In this document: positions 23,335-33,461 of the stretch, piece after piece
Position numbering within the stretch: the stretch's first letter is position 1
How the letters are laid out: each line of letters starts with the position of its first letter
Virus record (IMG/VR): IMGVR_UViG_3300045988_037990
Source: a virus
Direction: 5' to 3' (one strand)
Length of the DNA stretch: 40,237 nt
Made by a program: the position numbers and the translations under genes
The notes under the pieces: model-generated
What the model saw: only the letters and a program-made list of their open reading frames with translations
What the model was told of the DNA's origin: nothing
Database searches by the model: none

Positions 23335-24048
23335 CTATCCCTCTAATTGAAAATAAAAATATCCACTTGGGCAGGTCTCAGTGGTTGGAACCTCTGTTCC
23401 AATCTTGTACTTAATCTCTTGTCTTGCCTCAAGTTCTGTTTGTTTGGATTCTAATGTCTGAATCATTTGGAGCAATTTTCCGCCCTCGTCTTCTCCAAGT
23501 TTATCTTGGATGAATCTCATGAAGTCTAAAAACTGGGCGTTCATTCCGTCTGTTGGCAGCTTAATCATCCCGTCAATCGTTAGGCCACATAGATTTTCAT
23601 CCAATCTTGTGTCTATGATATCCTTAGCTTGAATGCTTTCTGCGTTTGCAGGAACCTGTATAATTGCTAGAATGATCTCGTATTGACTTGTATCTCTAAG
23701 GGCATATGTTGGTTTAGTTCCTGATCCTTTTACATAAGTTAGAACGCATTTATTTGTATTCTTTGAATAGCGTACTGAGATATAGTCGTATCGAAGTGTA
23801 GTTGAGGCCGTATCTATTGTAAAAACGACCTCAGAGTCGTTTCCGTAGGTGATGCCGCCAACTCCTTTTGCTGCGGTTAATAGAAAAGCGTAACCGGGAG
23901 TAATGCCTACTTTCATTCCTCCGTTTGCCTTGACCCTCAGGTCGTCTGCGGTTACGTTAAAAATTCCGCTAGTTCTTCCCACGTGAAAAAGACGAACGTC
24001 TTCCGCATAGTATTCTGTATCATCTAACGGATATGCTCTTTGCGTCAT
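23335..24048 (-). CDS. Baseplate / tail-fibre-associated structural protein
   Basis: 237-aa ORF in the tail module with a coiled-coil C-terminus. Confidence 0.5.
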   Translation of the reverse strand: MTQRAYPLDDTEYYAEDVRLFHVGRTSGIFNVTADDLRVKANGGMKVGITPGYAFLLTAAKGVGGITYGNDSEVVFTIDTASTTLRYDYISVRYSKNTNKCVLTYVKGSGTKPTYALRDTSQYEIILAIIQVPANAESIQAKDIIDTRLDENLCGLTIDGMIKLPTDGMNAQFLDFMRFIQDKLGEDEGGKLLQMIQTLESKQTELEARQEIKYKIGTEVPTTETCPSGYFYFQLEG

Positions 24049-25076
24049 TGTAAAACCTCCCGACTTTCTATGTTTGTAGTAATTTCGACTTGCGTGTCTG
24101 TGTTGGCTTCCTCTATGAATTTAAGTTCTGTTATTCGAGCCAGAGCTAAAATTTTATATTGATTACTTTTCACGGGTACTATGTCTCCTAAATCGTAATC
24201 CGTTCCAAGTTTGGCTACTTGTGAATAAGGATCCAGCTCAAATTCAAACTTATAAGCATTTTTGTTTGCGTCTGCCAATTTCTGCTGGCCTCTTTGTTCA
24301 AGCATAGCCTGATACTCTTCTTCACTATATTGCTTATCGACTCCATCTTCCTTGTATTCACTTTGTAAATCTCTGGCGTCCACATACAGTTCTCGAATGT
24401 CTTCCTTTGTATTGGCCCGGATGTCTACCGTGATACTTTTTCGGTATGATCCAGAGTCCTCGCCGAACACGTAGGCTACGTTTTTATACTTAGACAGATT
24501 GATCTCATAGCTCTGACTTTTTATATTTCCCAGGTCGTCGCTGAATACTGCGTTTCGTTTTAACCCACCCTGATAAATCTCTAAATAGTTGAGCTTTCCT
24601 TCGTGTACGATTTCCCGCCATCCGAGTCCTCCTTTTTGACAGTAGTCCTCGAAGTCATCAGCAAGATTGCTATATGAAGTGCTGCTTCCGTACTTTATAG
24701 AGGGCTCCAGTCCCTTTGGCGTGCCTACATTTATATCTAGTCCTCTTTTATTAGTTTCTACCAATTTTAATAGTGAAGCTTCGATATTTCGAATTGTTGC
24801 AGTTCCTAAGTTGATTCTTGCTGATAGATTGTCTAGGGAACCGCGAACCTCGATCACTTGGCTTTGAAGTTGTACACCGGTAATAAATCCGATCTCGTTT
24901 CTGTCTGTACAAACTATCCGATTTCCTTCTATCAGATACTTGTCATTGTCCTTTGTCCTTCTCGCATGTATTTCAAAGGATCCACTGGAATAGTATTTTG
25001 GCATCCATTGTATGCTCGTACAATTCTGAAGCAAGGCCTGCTTCTTTCCTTCTTTATCGTAAATAAAATACTGCAT
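24045..25076 (-). CDS. Tail-associated protein (Siphovirus Gp37-like / Tal N-terminal-like)
   Basis: It lies after Dit. The N-terminus MQYFIYDKEGKKQALLQNCTSIQW is typical of this family by eye. Confidence 0.55.
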   Translation of the reverse strand: MQYFIYDKEGKKQALLQNCTSIQWMPKYYSSGSFEIHARRTKDNDKYLIEGNRIVCTDRNEIGFITGVQLQSQVIEVRGSLDNLSARINLGTATIRNIEASLLKLVETNKRGLDINVGTPKGLEPSIKYGSSTSYSNLADDFEDYCQKGGLGWREIVHEGKLNYLEIYQGGLKRNAVFSDDLGNIKSQSYEINLSKYKNVAYVFGEDSGSYRKSITVDIRANTKEDIRELYVDARDLQSEYKEDGVDKQYSEEEYQAMLEQRGQQKLADANKNAYKFEFELDPYSQVAKLGTDYDLGDIVPVKSNQYKILALARITELKFIEEANTDTQVEITTNIESREVLQ

Positions 25077-25078
25077 AT

Positions 25079-25945
25079 CTATACTCCCGCGACAGTGTCG
25101 TCAAATGAAAGCCTTACGTCCAGAGAGCTTTCGTTTGTACTGGCGCTGTATCGAATTACATTGTTCCCTGGCTTCAGCTGAAAAAAACGACTTGTATATG
25201 CCATATAGCTAAAAACATTTGTTATCTTGTTTCCCTGAATTAAATGGCAGTATCTTTCGTTTTCATAGGTGCTGACCTCCAGTATGTCTCCTATGTTTAA
25301 TGTTAGCTCTGGAAATTCAATATTTTCTTGTGTATCAACTTGCGTGATTCGTGGCCCTTTGATTTCGTCCGCCTCGGCTGTCATCCGCATGATAAATCCA
25401 GTATCGAGTGAACCCTTGTTATATATTTGTTTTAAAGGCTGATAATTACGAGTACTCAACTTAAAAGGTGTCTTACTCGGGTAACTTCTCTTGAATCTGT
25501 GAAGAGCGGTCAATGTATTAAAATCCGTTATATTTGAATCCACACTTCTCGCGTATGGATATGGAGCTCGAAGTGATATCTGGAAATTCTGCCAAGTTAC
25601 ACCGTTTCCTAATTCTGGTGTTTTCTTTGGACTTACTTTCCAGTAGACATCTATGTTTTCCCTGGTGTTTATCAAACGTAAAGTAGCAGCTACACCCGGA
25701 AGTATAACTGCTAGTAATCTTTTTCTTTTCTGAGGATCATACTTGAACCGACCGTTCAGTGTGATGTCTTTCGCCTCAATAGATACGCCGGTAATGCTTG
25801 AACCCACCTGATTGCTGACGGTTGCCTCTGATAGGCTGATACTGTTTGAGGAAAGTCCATCAATGGATGTGATACGAATTCCACTATCTGCTGAAAACTC
25901 GATAGCGTCACCTTTTTCGTTTGAATATATTACTTTTATGCCCAT
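25079..25945 (-). CDS. Distal tail protein (Dit)
   Basis: 288 aa, immediately downstream of the tape measure gene. Confidence 0.65.
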   Translation of the reverse strand: MGIKVIYSNEKGDAIEFSADSGIRITSIDGLSSNSISLSEATVSNQVGSSITGVSIEAKDITLNGRFKYDPQKRKRLLAVILPGVAATLRLINTRENIDVYWKVSPKKTPELGNGVTWQNFQISLRAPYPYARSVDSNITDFNTLTALHRFKRSYPSKTPFKLSTRNYQPLKQIYNKGSLDTGFIMRMTAEADEIKGPRITQVDTQENIEFPELTLNIGDILEVSTYENERYCHLIQGNKITNVFSYMAYTSRFFQLKPGNNVIRYSASTNESSLDVRLSFDDTVAGV

Positions 25946-28521
25946 TCTAACCTCCTCATCATGTTCTGCGTTTCTACTGCAATTTCACTCGGTGTTAAAG
26001 CCTTAGCTGAATTAATAGTCTGTTCAACGTTGTAAACCGTTGTGCTTCCTGTGCCTAGCCCTAAGCCTCCAGAATTGCCTTCTAGGGCCAATCTTGAAGT
26101 TAGGCTATCCATGTTAGCTGCATCTATTAGTTCGGTCGACATGCGCCCCATAAAGGCCTTAGCCTTTGGCATGGCTCTTTCTACACCTAGAGTGATTCCA
26201 GCGGGGATCCATTTACCAATACGATCTGCGAATAATCTTGAAGGCGACCCGATTCCTAGAGCCCCTTTTACGCCGTCAATCAAGCCTTTAGCCATGCTGC
26301 TAAGCCATCCGGTCAATGCTCCCCAGGCTCCGCTGATTCCACTCCTGATACCGTTTACGATATCAGAGCCAATTGAAATCATTTGTCCTGGTATTTCTCT
26401 GACTTTATTTACGATCCCATTGAAAAAGTTGCGCCCTGCTTGAATCGCTTGATTTGCAAAGTTTCCGACAAAGCTTGCCGCATTTGAAATCGTATTTGAT
26501 AAAAAGGACCACACTTTTCCTGGTAGCTGCTGGATAAAGTTCACCACATTGGTGATGAAGTCTTTTCCTGCCTGAACGGCTTTCTGTACCATTTGTCTTA
26601 CCCATTCAGCTGTTTTGTTGATTGTGTTTAGTAACCATGTCCAGATCTTGCCTGGTAGCTGTTTAAACCAATCCACTACTTTCGATATAAACTGCGGGAT
26701 GTCCTGCGTTGCGAATTGCACGAGCTTCAATCCCCACTCTACGAGCTTTCCTAGAATGTATCCTACGGCGTACCCGATCCAGTAAGGTATTGTTGTCCCG
26801 AAAAACGTTTGAATGTTTGTCACTAGGGTGCTTACGCCTTCAGGAATTGTTATCGTAAAAAATTGAACTACTTGATCGGCTAAGTTCTGTGCTGCGTCTA
26901 CGAAGCTTTGGCACGCCTCTGGAATTGTTACTGTGAAGAAGTTTACGATTCCATCTATAACTTGGCCAGTAGTTTCCTTTATGCCTTCCCATAGATTGAT
27001 CCAGAATTCTCTGAAGCTGTCGCTTGTATTCCAAAGATATACGAACGCCGCTACTAGTGCTCCGATAGCTACGATCACCAGTGTGATAGGTCCACCGATT
27101 ACTCCAAGGGCTGCGCTTAGTCCAGAAAGACCTCCCCCGGCTAGTGTAAAGGCTTCGGCCATACTAGCAATCACGCCTGTTCCTGATGATGCAGCGTAGG
27201 CTAGGCCATCAATCAATCCAGAACCTTGTGATACTAAATGTCCGAATGTCTTGATTTTCTTTCCTGCATCACCGATCGTTTTAGCTATATCGCTTACCGC
27301 TTTGATCCCCTTCCAGGTTGCAAAGGCTCCGGCTACAGCGGCAATCAAAGGCATAAGTCCTTGAATCGTATTTGCTACAGTTTGTACTTTGTCTATAATG
27401 TTTGGAAGATTTTCGATAAAGGCTGCGACGAACTCTCCTACTTTTTCTACAAGAATTGGTAGAATATCTCTGATTCTTTCCAAGGCACTTTTTACGAAGT
27501 CTAAGGAATCGTTGGAGTCTAGCTTCTGTGCGATTGTATCTCGTACATTGTTCCAGGCTTCCTGAATTTTTTCTGTTGCTGCTTTAATTGCTTCCGCGGT
27601 TGGTGCAAAAAATTCTTTTAGTGCATTCAGTACTTTCGGAACTTCTTCAGCAATCCAGTTTAATCCGTCTCTGATTACTGACCCGAAGTTTGCAATCATT
27701 TCTTGAATTGTGGGTAAGCTGTTATCTGCTAAAAAATCGTTGAAGGCCGTGATGATGTTAGCGATACCGATTGCAATACGTGCTGACATATTCGTGAAGC
27801 TTGTTGCGAAGCTTCCGGCCATCTCTTTGGCTTTTCCTGCTACTGCTGGAAAGGATTCTGTCCCGTTCTCTAGCGCGTCCATCAGTACATCATTGAATTC
27901 CTGCGCACTAATCTGACCCTTAGAAAAGGCGTCTGATACTTCTTCCATACTCTTTCCCGTTTTTTCTGCAAAAATCTTTAAAACAGGAATTCCTGCATCT
28001 GTTAAACGTTGCCATTGATCTGCAGAAATTTTTCCAGATGCGTTCATCTTTGCGATTGCGTCTACTGTATTGGCCAAGGTTTCATTAGTACCATCTCCAT
28101 AAAAGGAAACAGCATCCATCATGTCCTTTACCATTCGAGTAGATTTATCTAAGCCTAGCCCTGATGTAGCCAGTTTTTGTGTTGAAGTGGCGGCTGTGTC
28201 TAGTCCATACGCGGTATCCGTTACAGCGTCACTTAAATTGTTTACAACCTTCGCAGCCTTTTCGCTGCTTCCTGCTAAAACTCCAATAACTTGTTTAGCC
28301 TTCTGCATAGCATCTAATCGGGCGGTTGCTTTTCCGATTGATCCAGATATTAGGTCCCAACCTTTGCTGGCGGCTTTGAATACCGTTGCGCCCACGAAGG
28401 TTGACTTCACTTTGTCTGCGAAGCTTTCCGCACTTTTATGTGCTCCGCTAAGGCCGCTTTTGTATTCGCTGTCGTCAAGTCCTAGTTTGACTTTGATTGT
28501 TCCATCAGCTCCTGATGCCAT
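25936..28521 (-). CDS. Tail tape measure protein
   Basis: 861 aa, Ala/Gly-rich and helical, with a central hydrophobic segment. The position after the chaperones is canonical. Confidence 0.88.
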   Translation of the reverse strand: MASGADGTIKVKLGLDDSEYKSGLSGAHKSAESFADKVKSTFVGATVFKAASKGWDLISGSIGKATARLDAMQKAKQVIGVLAGSSEKAAKVVNNLSDAVTDTAYGLDTAATSTQKLATSGLGLDKSTRMVKDMMDAVSFYGDGTNETLANTVDAIAKMNASGKISADQWQRLTDAGIPVLKIFAEKTGKSMEEVSDAFSKGQISAQEFNDVLMDALENGTESFPAVAGKAKEMAGSFATSFTNMSARIAIGIANIITAFNDFLADNSLPTIQEMIANFGSVIRDGLNWIAEEVPKVLNALKEFFAPTAEAIKAATEKIQEAWNNVRDTIAQKLDSNDSLDFVKSALERIRDILPILVEKVGEFVAAFIENLPNIIDKVQTVANTIQGLMPLIAAVAGAFATWKGIKAVSDIAKTIGDAGKKIKTFGHLVSQGSGLIDGLAYAASSGTGVIASMAEAFTLAGGGLSGLSAALGVIGGPITLVIVAIGALVAAFVYLWNTSDSFREFWINLWEGIKETTGQVIDGIVNFFTVTIPEACQSFVDAAQNLADQVVQFFTITIPEGVSTLVTNIQTFFGTTIPYWIGYAVGYILGKLVEWGLKLVQFATQDIPQFISKVVDWFKQLPGKIWTWLLNTINKTAEWVRQMVQKAVQAGKDFITNVVNFIQQLPGKVWSFLSNTISNAASFVGNFANQAIQAGRNFFNGIVNKVREIPGQMISIGSDIVNGIRSGISGAWGALTGWLSSMAKGLIDGVKGALGIGSPSRLFADRIGKWIPAGITLGVERAMPKAKAFMGRMSTELIDAANMDSLTSRLALEGNSGGLGLGTGSTTVYNVEQTINSAKALTPSEIAVETQNMMRRLEWA

Positions 28522-28532
28522 TTTTCAACCTC

Positions 28533-29132
28533 CTAGGTTTCTAATCTGGCCAGAAGTTCTGATTCTATTTCTTGCGGTGTTCTTTCCTTTTCTGGTCCTT
28601 TGTCCTCAGGCAGACGATAATACTTTTCCAGACGCTGCGCGCGACTCTTCTCTTCTCCTTTAAGATTTGAAGTATCTCTGGTTCTGTAACCAATAACTCG
28701 TATGATCATAGTGTCGTCGCTTAGGGCGTTAAAAAGCGCCTTAAATTCAAACCAATGAAGTTTGGCGTCTAAAAGGTTTATGTTGTATTGCTGTCTAAAC
28801 GCTGCATATATAAGGTCCATATCGTATTCGAATCGATAGCCTTGTCGTCCGTTTGTCTTGGCATAAGATTCTTTAGGCTTTTTGTCGCAAAAATAAAAGC
28901 CCATTATTGCATCCCATAGGTCTTTCTGATCGCCTTTAAAAGCAAACGGATTGATTCCTATTAGATCACAAATAACGGGCAGCTTCAGTTCCTCTGGTAT
29001 TGCGTTATCTTGTATAACGCTGTCAACGCGGACCCAGGTTCTAAAGTCTGCAAAGATAGGGAGAATCGTTCCGTTAGCGTCTATGCTTTCCGGAAGGTCT
29101 TCTCTCTCTAGCCACAGCATTTCTTCCTCCAT
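28533..29132 (-). CDS. Tail assembly chaperone, second ORF (Gp15-like)
   Basis: LPESIDANGTILPIFADFRTWVRV fits the Gp15 family. The ATG at 29120 has the better SD (GGAGG plus 5 nt). Confidence 0.65.
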   Translation of the reverse strand: MEEEMLWLEREDLPESIDANGTILPIFADFRTWVRVDSVIQDNAIPEELKLPVICDLIGINPFAFKGDQKDLWDAIMGFYFCDKKPKESYAKTNGRQGYRFEYDMDLIYAAFRQQYNINLLDAKLHWFEFKALFNALSDDTMIIRVIGYRTRDTSNLKGEEKSRAQRLEKYYRLPEDKGPEKERTPQEIESELLARLET

Positions 29133-29535
29133 ATCGTTTGTCTGCGTATTCTAATGTCCTGTTAAATTTGTCCATAGATTCGCAAAGCTTGTCAATTTTG
29201 TTCAGGTTCTTCTTTTCTTCTTCCGCAGCTTTTGCCTGCTGATCCTTTAAAAATTCATCCTGAAAGATGCTGTGTAATGTGAAGCAAAGTTCAAACTGTG
29301 CCGAGCTTCCTTCGTATCCTTTGAATAAAGTCTCAAAGGCTCCATCTCCTAGAATCTTATCAATCAAAGCAGGGCAGTCCTCTAGCGATTCTTTTCCGAA
29401 TTTGTTTAAAGAATTCTGTTCTGTTGCCCAGTTTTCTAATGCTTCAATTTTAGAAGTGTCCTTTACATCGACTAAGAATCTGTGTCCGTCAATGTCGATT
29501 TCTTTTAATAGCTGCTTTTGTAGCTTTAGTTCCAT
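29074..29535 (-). CDS. Tail assembly chaperone, first ORF
   Basis: 153 aa and acidic, lying between the major tail protein and the Gp15-like ORF. The SD is AAGGAGGA. Confidence 0.6.
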   Translation of the reverse strand: MELKLQKQLLKEIDIDGHRFLVDVKDTSKIEALENWATEQNSLNKFGKESLEDCPALIDKILGDGAFETLFKGYEGSSAQFELCFTLHSIFQDEFLKDQQAKAAEEEKKNLNKIDKLCESMDKFNRTLEYADKRYGGRNAVARERRPSGKHRR

Positions 29536-29562
29536 GATGTCCTCCTTATGTTATTAAGTGCT

Positions 29563-30072
29563 TTACTCTGTGGCGCTGTCTGCGGTAAATGTTTTTGTTT
29601 TAATGTTGAACGTTCCCTTTACCTGATCGCCTTGTTGTGCAAATGATCCAGAGCACATTAGTTTGCCTCCGGCCTCTCCGCTTCCTGGGTTATCTGGTTG
29701 CACTTCATAAATTCTTTGATAAGCTACAAAGTCCCCAGATTTGGCTGTTTTCTCGTTCCACGTTTCCACTTCGATCTCTTCAAAAGTAGAACCCACTTTC
29801 TGTTCTTTACCTTGCAAGTATACCCAGTAGTTAAATGCATCCCCTGGATATGCTCGGCCCTCGTAGGATACTGTAGGCGCGTAGCCTGTTACTTGGCTTT
29901 GGCTTCCGGCTTCTCCGATATATTGCACCCCATCATCTGTTGTAGCGTTCAAGGCTTGCTCCCAGTTTGTCAATCCTTTATTGGCTAGAACGTAGCTCTC
30001 TGATCCTGTGAATTTGACGTAATGTAGGTTATCTTCGACCTTTAGTTCTCTGTTAGGTAGTTCTGTTGTCAT
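29563..30072 (-). CDS. Major tail protein
   Basis: 169 aa, in the position upstream of the chaperones and the tape measure gene. Confidence 0.65.
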   Translation of the reverse strand: MTTELPNRELKVEDNLHYVKFTGSESYVLANKGLTNWEQALNATTDDGVQYIGEAGSQSQVTGYAPTVSYEGRAYPGDAFNYWVYLQGKEQKVGSTFEEIEVETWNEKTAKSGDFVAYQRIYEVQPDNPGSGEAGGKLMCSGSFAQQGDQVKGTFNIKTKTFTADSATE

Positions 30073-30536
30073 TATTCAAACCTTCCCTTCTTTTCGTAGG
30101 TTAATGTCATAGAGCAGTAGAAAGTTGAAAGCGTGGCCTCTTCTCCCGTGTAGTCTGAAGGTAGCGTTGCGAGCGTGACCTCTTGTGGTATCGCTTCATC
30201 CAGTGCTAGATTTGGGAAGCCTTGCGCCTCTTCTTCCGCGAGTGCCTGTACTAGTGCATACAGGATTCTGGATAAGTCCAGGCGTGCTTTCGTGTCCTTT
30301 CTGCTTGCTTGAATATAAATTTCAAAAGGGTATGTAGCTCTATAGCCACCACCCAGATAGTGTTCTATTTCTTCCGTGTAGCCACTACTTTTGAAAAGTA
30401 AAGCGGTGTGCTTGGAGTCGTTGAAGTACTCCAGGCACCACGGTATGTTGTTGATATTGATTGAAGAAAAGAAATTGTACAATCCGTCTTCAATCTGTTT
30501 TACGTCTTCCAGCTTTATGATCTTCTTTTCACTCAT
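30072..30536 (-). CDS. Head-tail joining / tail terminator-like protein
   Basis: 154-aa ORF in the connector block, with overlapping start and stop. Confidence 0.55.
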   Translation of the reverse strand: MSEKKIIKLEDVKQIEDGLYNFFSSININNIPWCLEYFNDSKHTALLFKSSGYTEEIEHYLGGGYRATYPFEIYIQASRKDTKARLDLSRILYALVQALAEEEAQGFPNLALDEAIPQEVTLATLPSDYTGEEATLSTFYCSMTLTYEKKGRFE

Positions 30537-30952
30537 TTGAATTCCTCCTTGAAAAACCTTTTCGCGCCTTCCATCCAGGCTGTCTTTCGTGCTTTCAAAG
30601 TCTTAGGCCACCACTCCGAGCCTCCTTGTCTATAGCTCAAACTTCGAGTTGTATAGACTTTTGTTTCTCCGTGTTTAGCCCATGGACTGTGGCTATGGGT
30701 TCCAATCATCACTCTTCCTGTATGTTGGAAGTGTGCGTATGGCGTATCCCATATGATCCAATCATTATCCTGTGCCGCCCATCTTAAAGCTGATGTTCTC
30801 AGCGTTCCTTTTCCGATAGGCACGTTTTTGTTCGTGTCTTGAACGATAAGCTGCTTCAGCTTCAATCTAGATCGGCGGAGCGCTCTGGATCCTCTAGCCT
30901 GTAGCTGTGCCACCGGGATATCGACTATAACTTTTAGATGATACTCACTCAC
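30533..30952 (-). CDS. Head-tail connector protein (minor capsid-2-like / tail completion)
   Basis: 139-aa ORF, translationally coupled to its neighbours. Confidence 0.55.
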   Translation of the reverse strand: MSEYHLKVIVDIPVAQLQARGSRALRRSRLKLKQLIVQDTNKNVPIGKGTLRTSALRWAAQDNDWIIWDTPYAHFQHTGRVMIGTHSHSPWAKHGETKVYTTRSLSYRQGGSEWWPKTLKARKTAWMEGAKRFFKEEFK

Positions 30953-31316
30953 ATGTTACCTCTATGAATTCCGGCGTATTTCTCAAGGGATTTAGAATAT
31001 TCACATTTGTGATCTCGTAAATGTCACCGTGTACTTCGATACGGTCCCCGGTTCTGAGCGTGAACTGCTTGTCTGGCATGCTGAATTCTGAAGGGGAAAC
31101 TAGAACCTTGTCTGCCTTATAATCGTTCACGTCTATCGTTATGAGAATCGTATCTGAATTACTGGCGCCCGTCTGTCCATATGTCCGGGCTTTTGTCTTG
31201 GAAACCTTTACGTGTTGGACCGTTACTGTTGACGTAGTTTCTTCCAGGTCTTCTTCTCCCAGAATGTTCATGACTTTTATTGTATGCGGCCTAAGCCATC
31301 TCGGGCTTTTTACCAT
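30945..31316 (-). CDS. Head closure / minor capsid protein
   Basis: 123-aa ORF in the connector block. Confidence 0.55.
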   Translation of the reverse strand: MVKSPRWLRPHTIKVMNILGEEDLEETTSTVTVQHVKVSKTKARTYGQTGASNSDTILITIDVNDYKADKVLVSPSEFSMPDKQFTLRTGDRIEVHGDIYEITNVNILNPLRNTPEFIEVTCE

Positions 31317-31705
31317 ACCGCCTGGCAGGCTAGTCCTGCTTTGAGTAATTGGTAGTCGAGCTCTGATACTGCTAGGCTTGATAAGGGTATGTCATGGAAC
31401 CTTATCGTTTTTGCATTATCTACGGAATACGAGAAGCCGCTAGTAGTTGCGCCTGTGAAGTTCATATCGCTAGAACCCACAAAGCAATCCATTCCGCCAT
31501 GTGCTTCTATGAAGTCAATCTGGTATAGGACTGCTTTTTTTAAATCCATGTCGTAGTCTTTCAAAGCCTGAACTTTCCAGTATGGAATCTTCTCTCGAAT
31601 GTAGGCTTCTAAAAGGCTTTCGGTTCTTGGTTCTATTTGTGAGTACTCCACTTCGTCCAGTAGCGTTCCACCTAATGCCGTGTATTCCTCAAAGCTTAGG
31701 ATCAT
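31310..31705 (-). CDS. Head-tail adaptor (gp6-like connector)
   Basis: 131-aa ORF directly after the major capsid gene. Confidence 0.55.
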   Translation of the reverse strand: MILSFEEYTALGGTLLDEVEYSQIEPRTESLLEAYIREKIPYWKVQALKDYDMDLKKAVLYQIDFIEAHGGMDCFVGSSDMNFTGATTSGFSYSVDNAKTIRFHDIPLSSLAVSELDYQLLKAGLACQAVW

Positions 31706-31715
31706 GTTTTATCTC

Positions 31716-32723
31716 CTATTTCTCTTCTCGCGCTGCTGCGACAGGAGCTACTTGTACATTACGGAATACACCAGCTTTTGTAGTGTCCTTAGAAACGATA
31801 GAAGCAATCATTTCTACTTCTCCTTTTTTAACTGCTCCAGGTTCGCTTAAGTTTGGCATGTATTGGTGAATGATTTTTTGTCCTTGTGGACTTACTGCGT
31901 GCACGGCATCCAATCCGAATTTTACAGCGTAAATGCTTGTCGTTCCTGTTGAGTTGTCGATAGGTACGCACATCAAGGATTTAGTTCCATCGTAGTATTC
32001 ACCCATGTCTACGATTGCGATTCCGTCGTAGTTGTCTACACCTTGGCCGAAGCTGTTCTCTGATCTTGTGTAGTATCCTTGCATTTTAGCGATTGTTTTT
32101 AGAACAGTAGCTGTCTTGCGGTTTACTAATAAGGCGTCTGGTTTTACAGAGAAAGTTGATAACCAAGAATCCAATGCAAAAGTGAACGCATCTGCATTTT
32201 CTTTGATCTTTGCGGCTGTCGACAAATCAAAGGCTGCATCTGCATTTTTCTCTTCCGTATTCGTTCCCTTTACTAATGTATCCAAACCGTCAAAGCTTGT
32301 GTTATCTGTTGCAGCAGTTCCTTTGGCTGTTGACTTTCCGTTAATGAAGTCATAGTGGAATTTGTTCTTTACTGCAATGATTTTCTGAGCTAATTGGAAT
32401 GCAATTTCTGAGCTTGCTGCTGTGTCTTCTAATACACGGTCTACTTCGTAAGCCCCACCGAAGATTTTTAAGTTTGTAGTTTTCTGAGTCTTTACAGCTT
32501 CTCCTGCTGTGTATTCGCTATTCAATTTACGACCTTCAGCCACTGATGGTGTTTTTAATTGTAAATAGCCATAAGTCAAGGTTGAACCACCCGTTCCTGG
32601 TGATACTGAGTTATCGAATGGTAAACGATCCAAAATAAAAGAGTCCCTGCGGAACTCGTCAATGACCTGCTGGTCTACGTGATCGGCTAAACCGACTTTT
32701 GATTGCTCTAATGTAATTGGCAT
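31716..32723 (-). CDS. Major capsid protein
   Basis: 335 aa and follows the scaffold gene. The composition and size are typical of a siphovirus major capsid protein. Confidence 0.85.
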   Translation of the reverse strand: MPITLEQSKVGLADHVDQQVIDEFRRDSFILDRLPFDNSVSPGTGGSTLTYGYLQLKTPSVAEGRKLNSEYTAGEAVKTQKTTNLKIFGGAYEVDRVLEDTAASSEIAFQLAQKIIAVKNKFHYDFINGKSTAKGTAATDNTSFDGLDTLVKGTNTEEKNADAAFDLSTAAKIKENADAFTFALDSWLSTFSVKPDALLVNRKTATVLKTIAKMQGYYTRSENSFGQGVDNYDGIAIVDMGEYYDGTKSLMCVPIDNSTGTTSIYAVKFGLDAVHAVSPQGQKIIHQYMPNLSEPGAVKKGEVEMIASIVSKDTTKAGVFRNVQVAPVAAAREEK

Positions 32724-32736
32724 CTTTTAGTTCCTC

Positions 32737-33300
32737 CTATTTTTTGTAGTATTCTGAAATTGCGCCGGCTAGAGTTGTTGGTGCCTCTGGTTTTGGACTT
32801 CCTTCGTGATTTCCATCAAGCACGACGTCGTTTCCTTTTTTCGGCTCGTTTGGCTCTGCCGCCTTAAATAAGAAGCTGTCCTCCTTCTTGATAGCTTCGA
32901 TTTGTTCGTCAAGTCCTGTTAATTTTCCATCCTTATCAAACTTGATCTCGTCTTTATTTAGTAACCCCATTAATGCCTTTTCGGATAAGGTTCCAGATTT
33001 CGCAATTGCTAGTTGAATCGCGCTGTCAAGTCTTGCGCTTTCTAAGTCCTGGTTGTATTTAATTTTCCAGTTCTCGACATCTGTTTGTAACTGTTTTACG
33101 TCTACTCCTTCAAAGTTTTTGATCTTGTCAGTCAGTTCTTGAATGCGCTTGTCCTTTGCTAACTGTTCCGCCTCATGTTTTGACTTCGAGACGTATTCTC
33201 CTGTAGCAAGGTTCGCTAATTTTACGTCTTTATTTCCTTCTAACTTAGCTGCAACCTGTGCATACAATTCCTCACCTAAGATTTCTTTTAAAAACTCCAT
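32737..33300 (-). CDS. Scaffolding protein (GP20-like)
   Basis: 187 aa, helical and charged. The N-terminus MEFLKEILGEELYAQV...LANLATGEYVSK is typical of Phage_GP20. Confidence 0.75.
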   Translation of the reverse strand: MEFLKEILGEELYAQVAAKLEGNKDVKLANLATGEYVSKSKHEAEQLAKDKRIQELTDKIKNFEGVDVKQLQTDVENWKIKYNQDLESARLDSAIQLAIAKSGTLSEKALMGLLNKDEIKFDKDGKLTGLDEQIEAIKKEDSFLFKAAEPNEPKKGNDVVLDGNHEGSPKPEAPTTLAGAISEYYKK

Positions 33301-33350
33301 TTTTGTCCTCCTGTGTTTTTTATATCTGGTTCACTCCAGTATCGAGTCCG

Positions 33351-33400
33351 GCCTTTTATATCCCGTGCCGAGGGGTATTCAAGCCTTTTATATGCCGTGC
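33351..33400. repeat. Two 18-bp direct repeats (17/18 identical), 32 bp apart, upstream of the scaffold gene
   Basis: gccttttatatcccgtgc lies at 33351-33368 and gccttttatatgccgtgc at 33383-33400. On the minus strand both read GCACGG(G/C)ATATAAAAGGC. Confidence 0.8.
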
Positions 33401-33408
33401 TTAGGGCA

Positions 33409-33439
33409 TAATAAAAACCGCGCCATTCCTAGCACGGTT
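33409..33439 (-). terminator. Rho-independent terminator after the YjcQ-like gene
   Basis: On the minus strand, AACCGUGCU-AGGAAU-GGCGCGGUU forms a 9-bp stem including G-U pairs, followed by UUUUAUUAU. Confidence 0.65.
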
Positions 33440-33461
33440 CTTGTCCTTATTTAGTTGTGTT

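Noticed and set aside
28121-28663. Plus-strand 180-aa ORF, and the many other 60-170-aa antisense ORFs (for example 6960-7457, 37411-37914, 39330-39800, 26042-26443, 3825-4106)
   Set aside because: All lie antisense to, or out of frame within, long well-supported genes. Their Ser/Leu/Pro-rich shadow-frame composition and lack of SD sites argue against them.
29074-29132. Programmed frameshift joining the two tail chaperone ORFs
   Set aside because: The ORFs overlap by 59 nt, but the downstream ORF is in the +1 frame, not the -1 frame. I see no XXXYYYZ slippery heptamer, and an internal ATG (29120) has its own GGAGG. A frameshift cannot be excluded, but the sequence does not support one.
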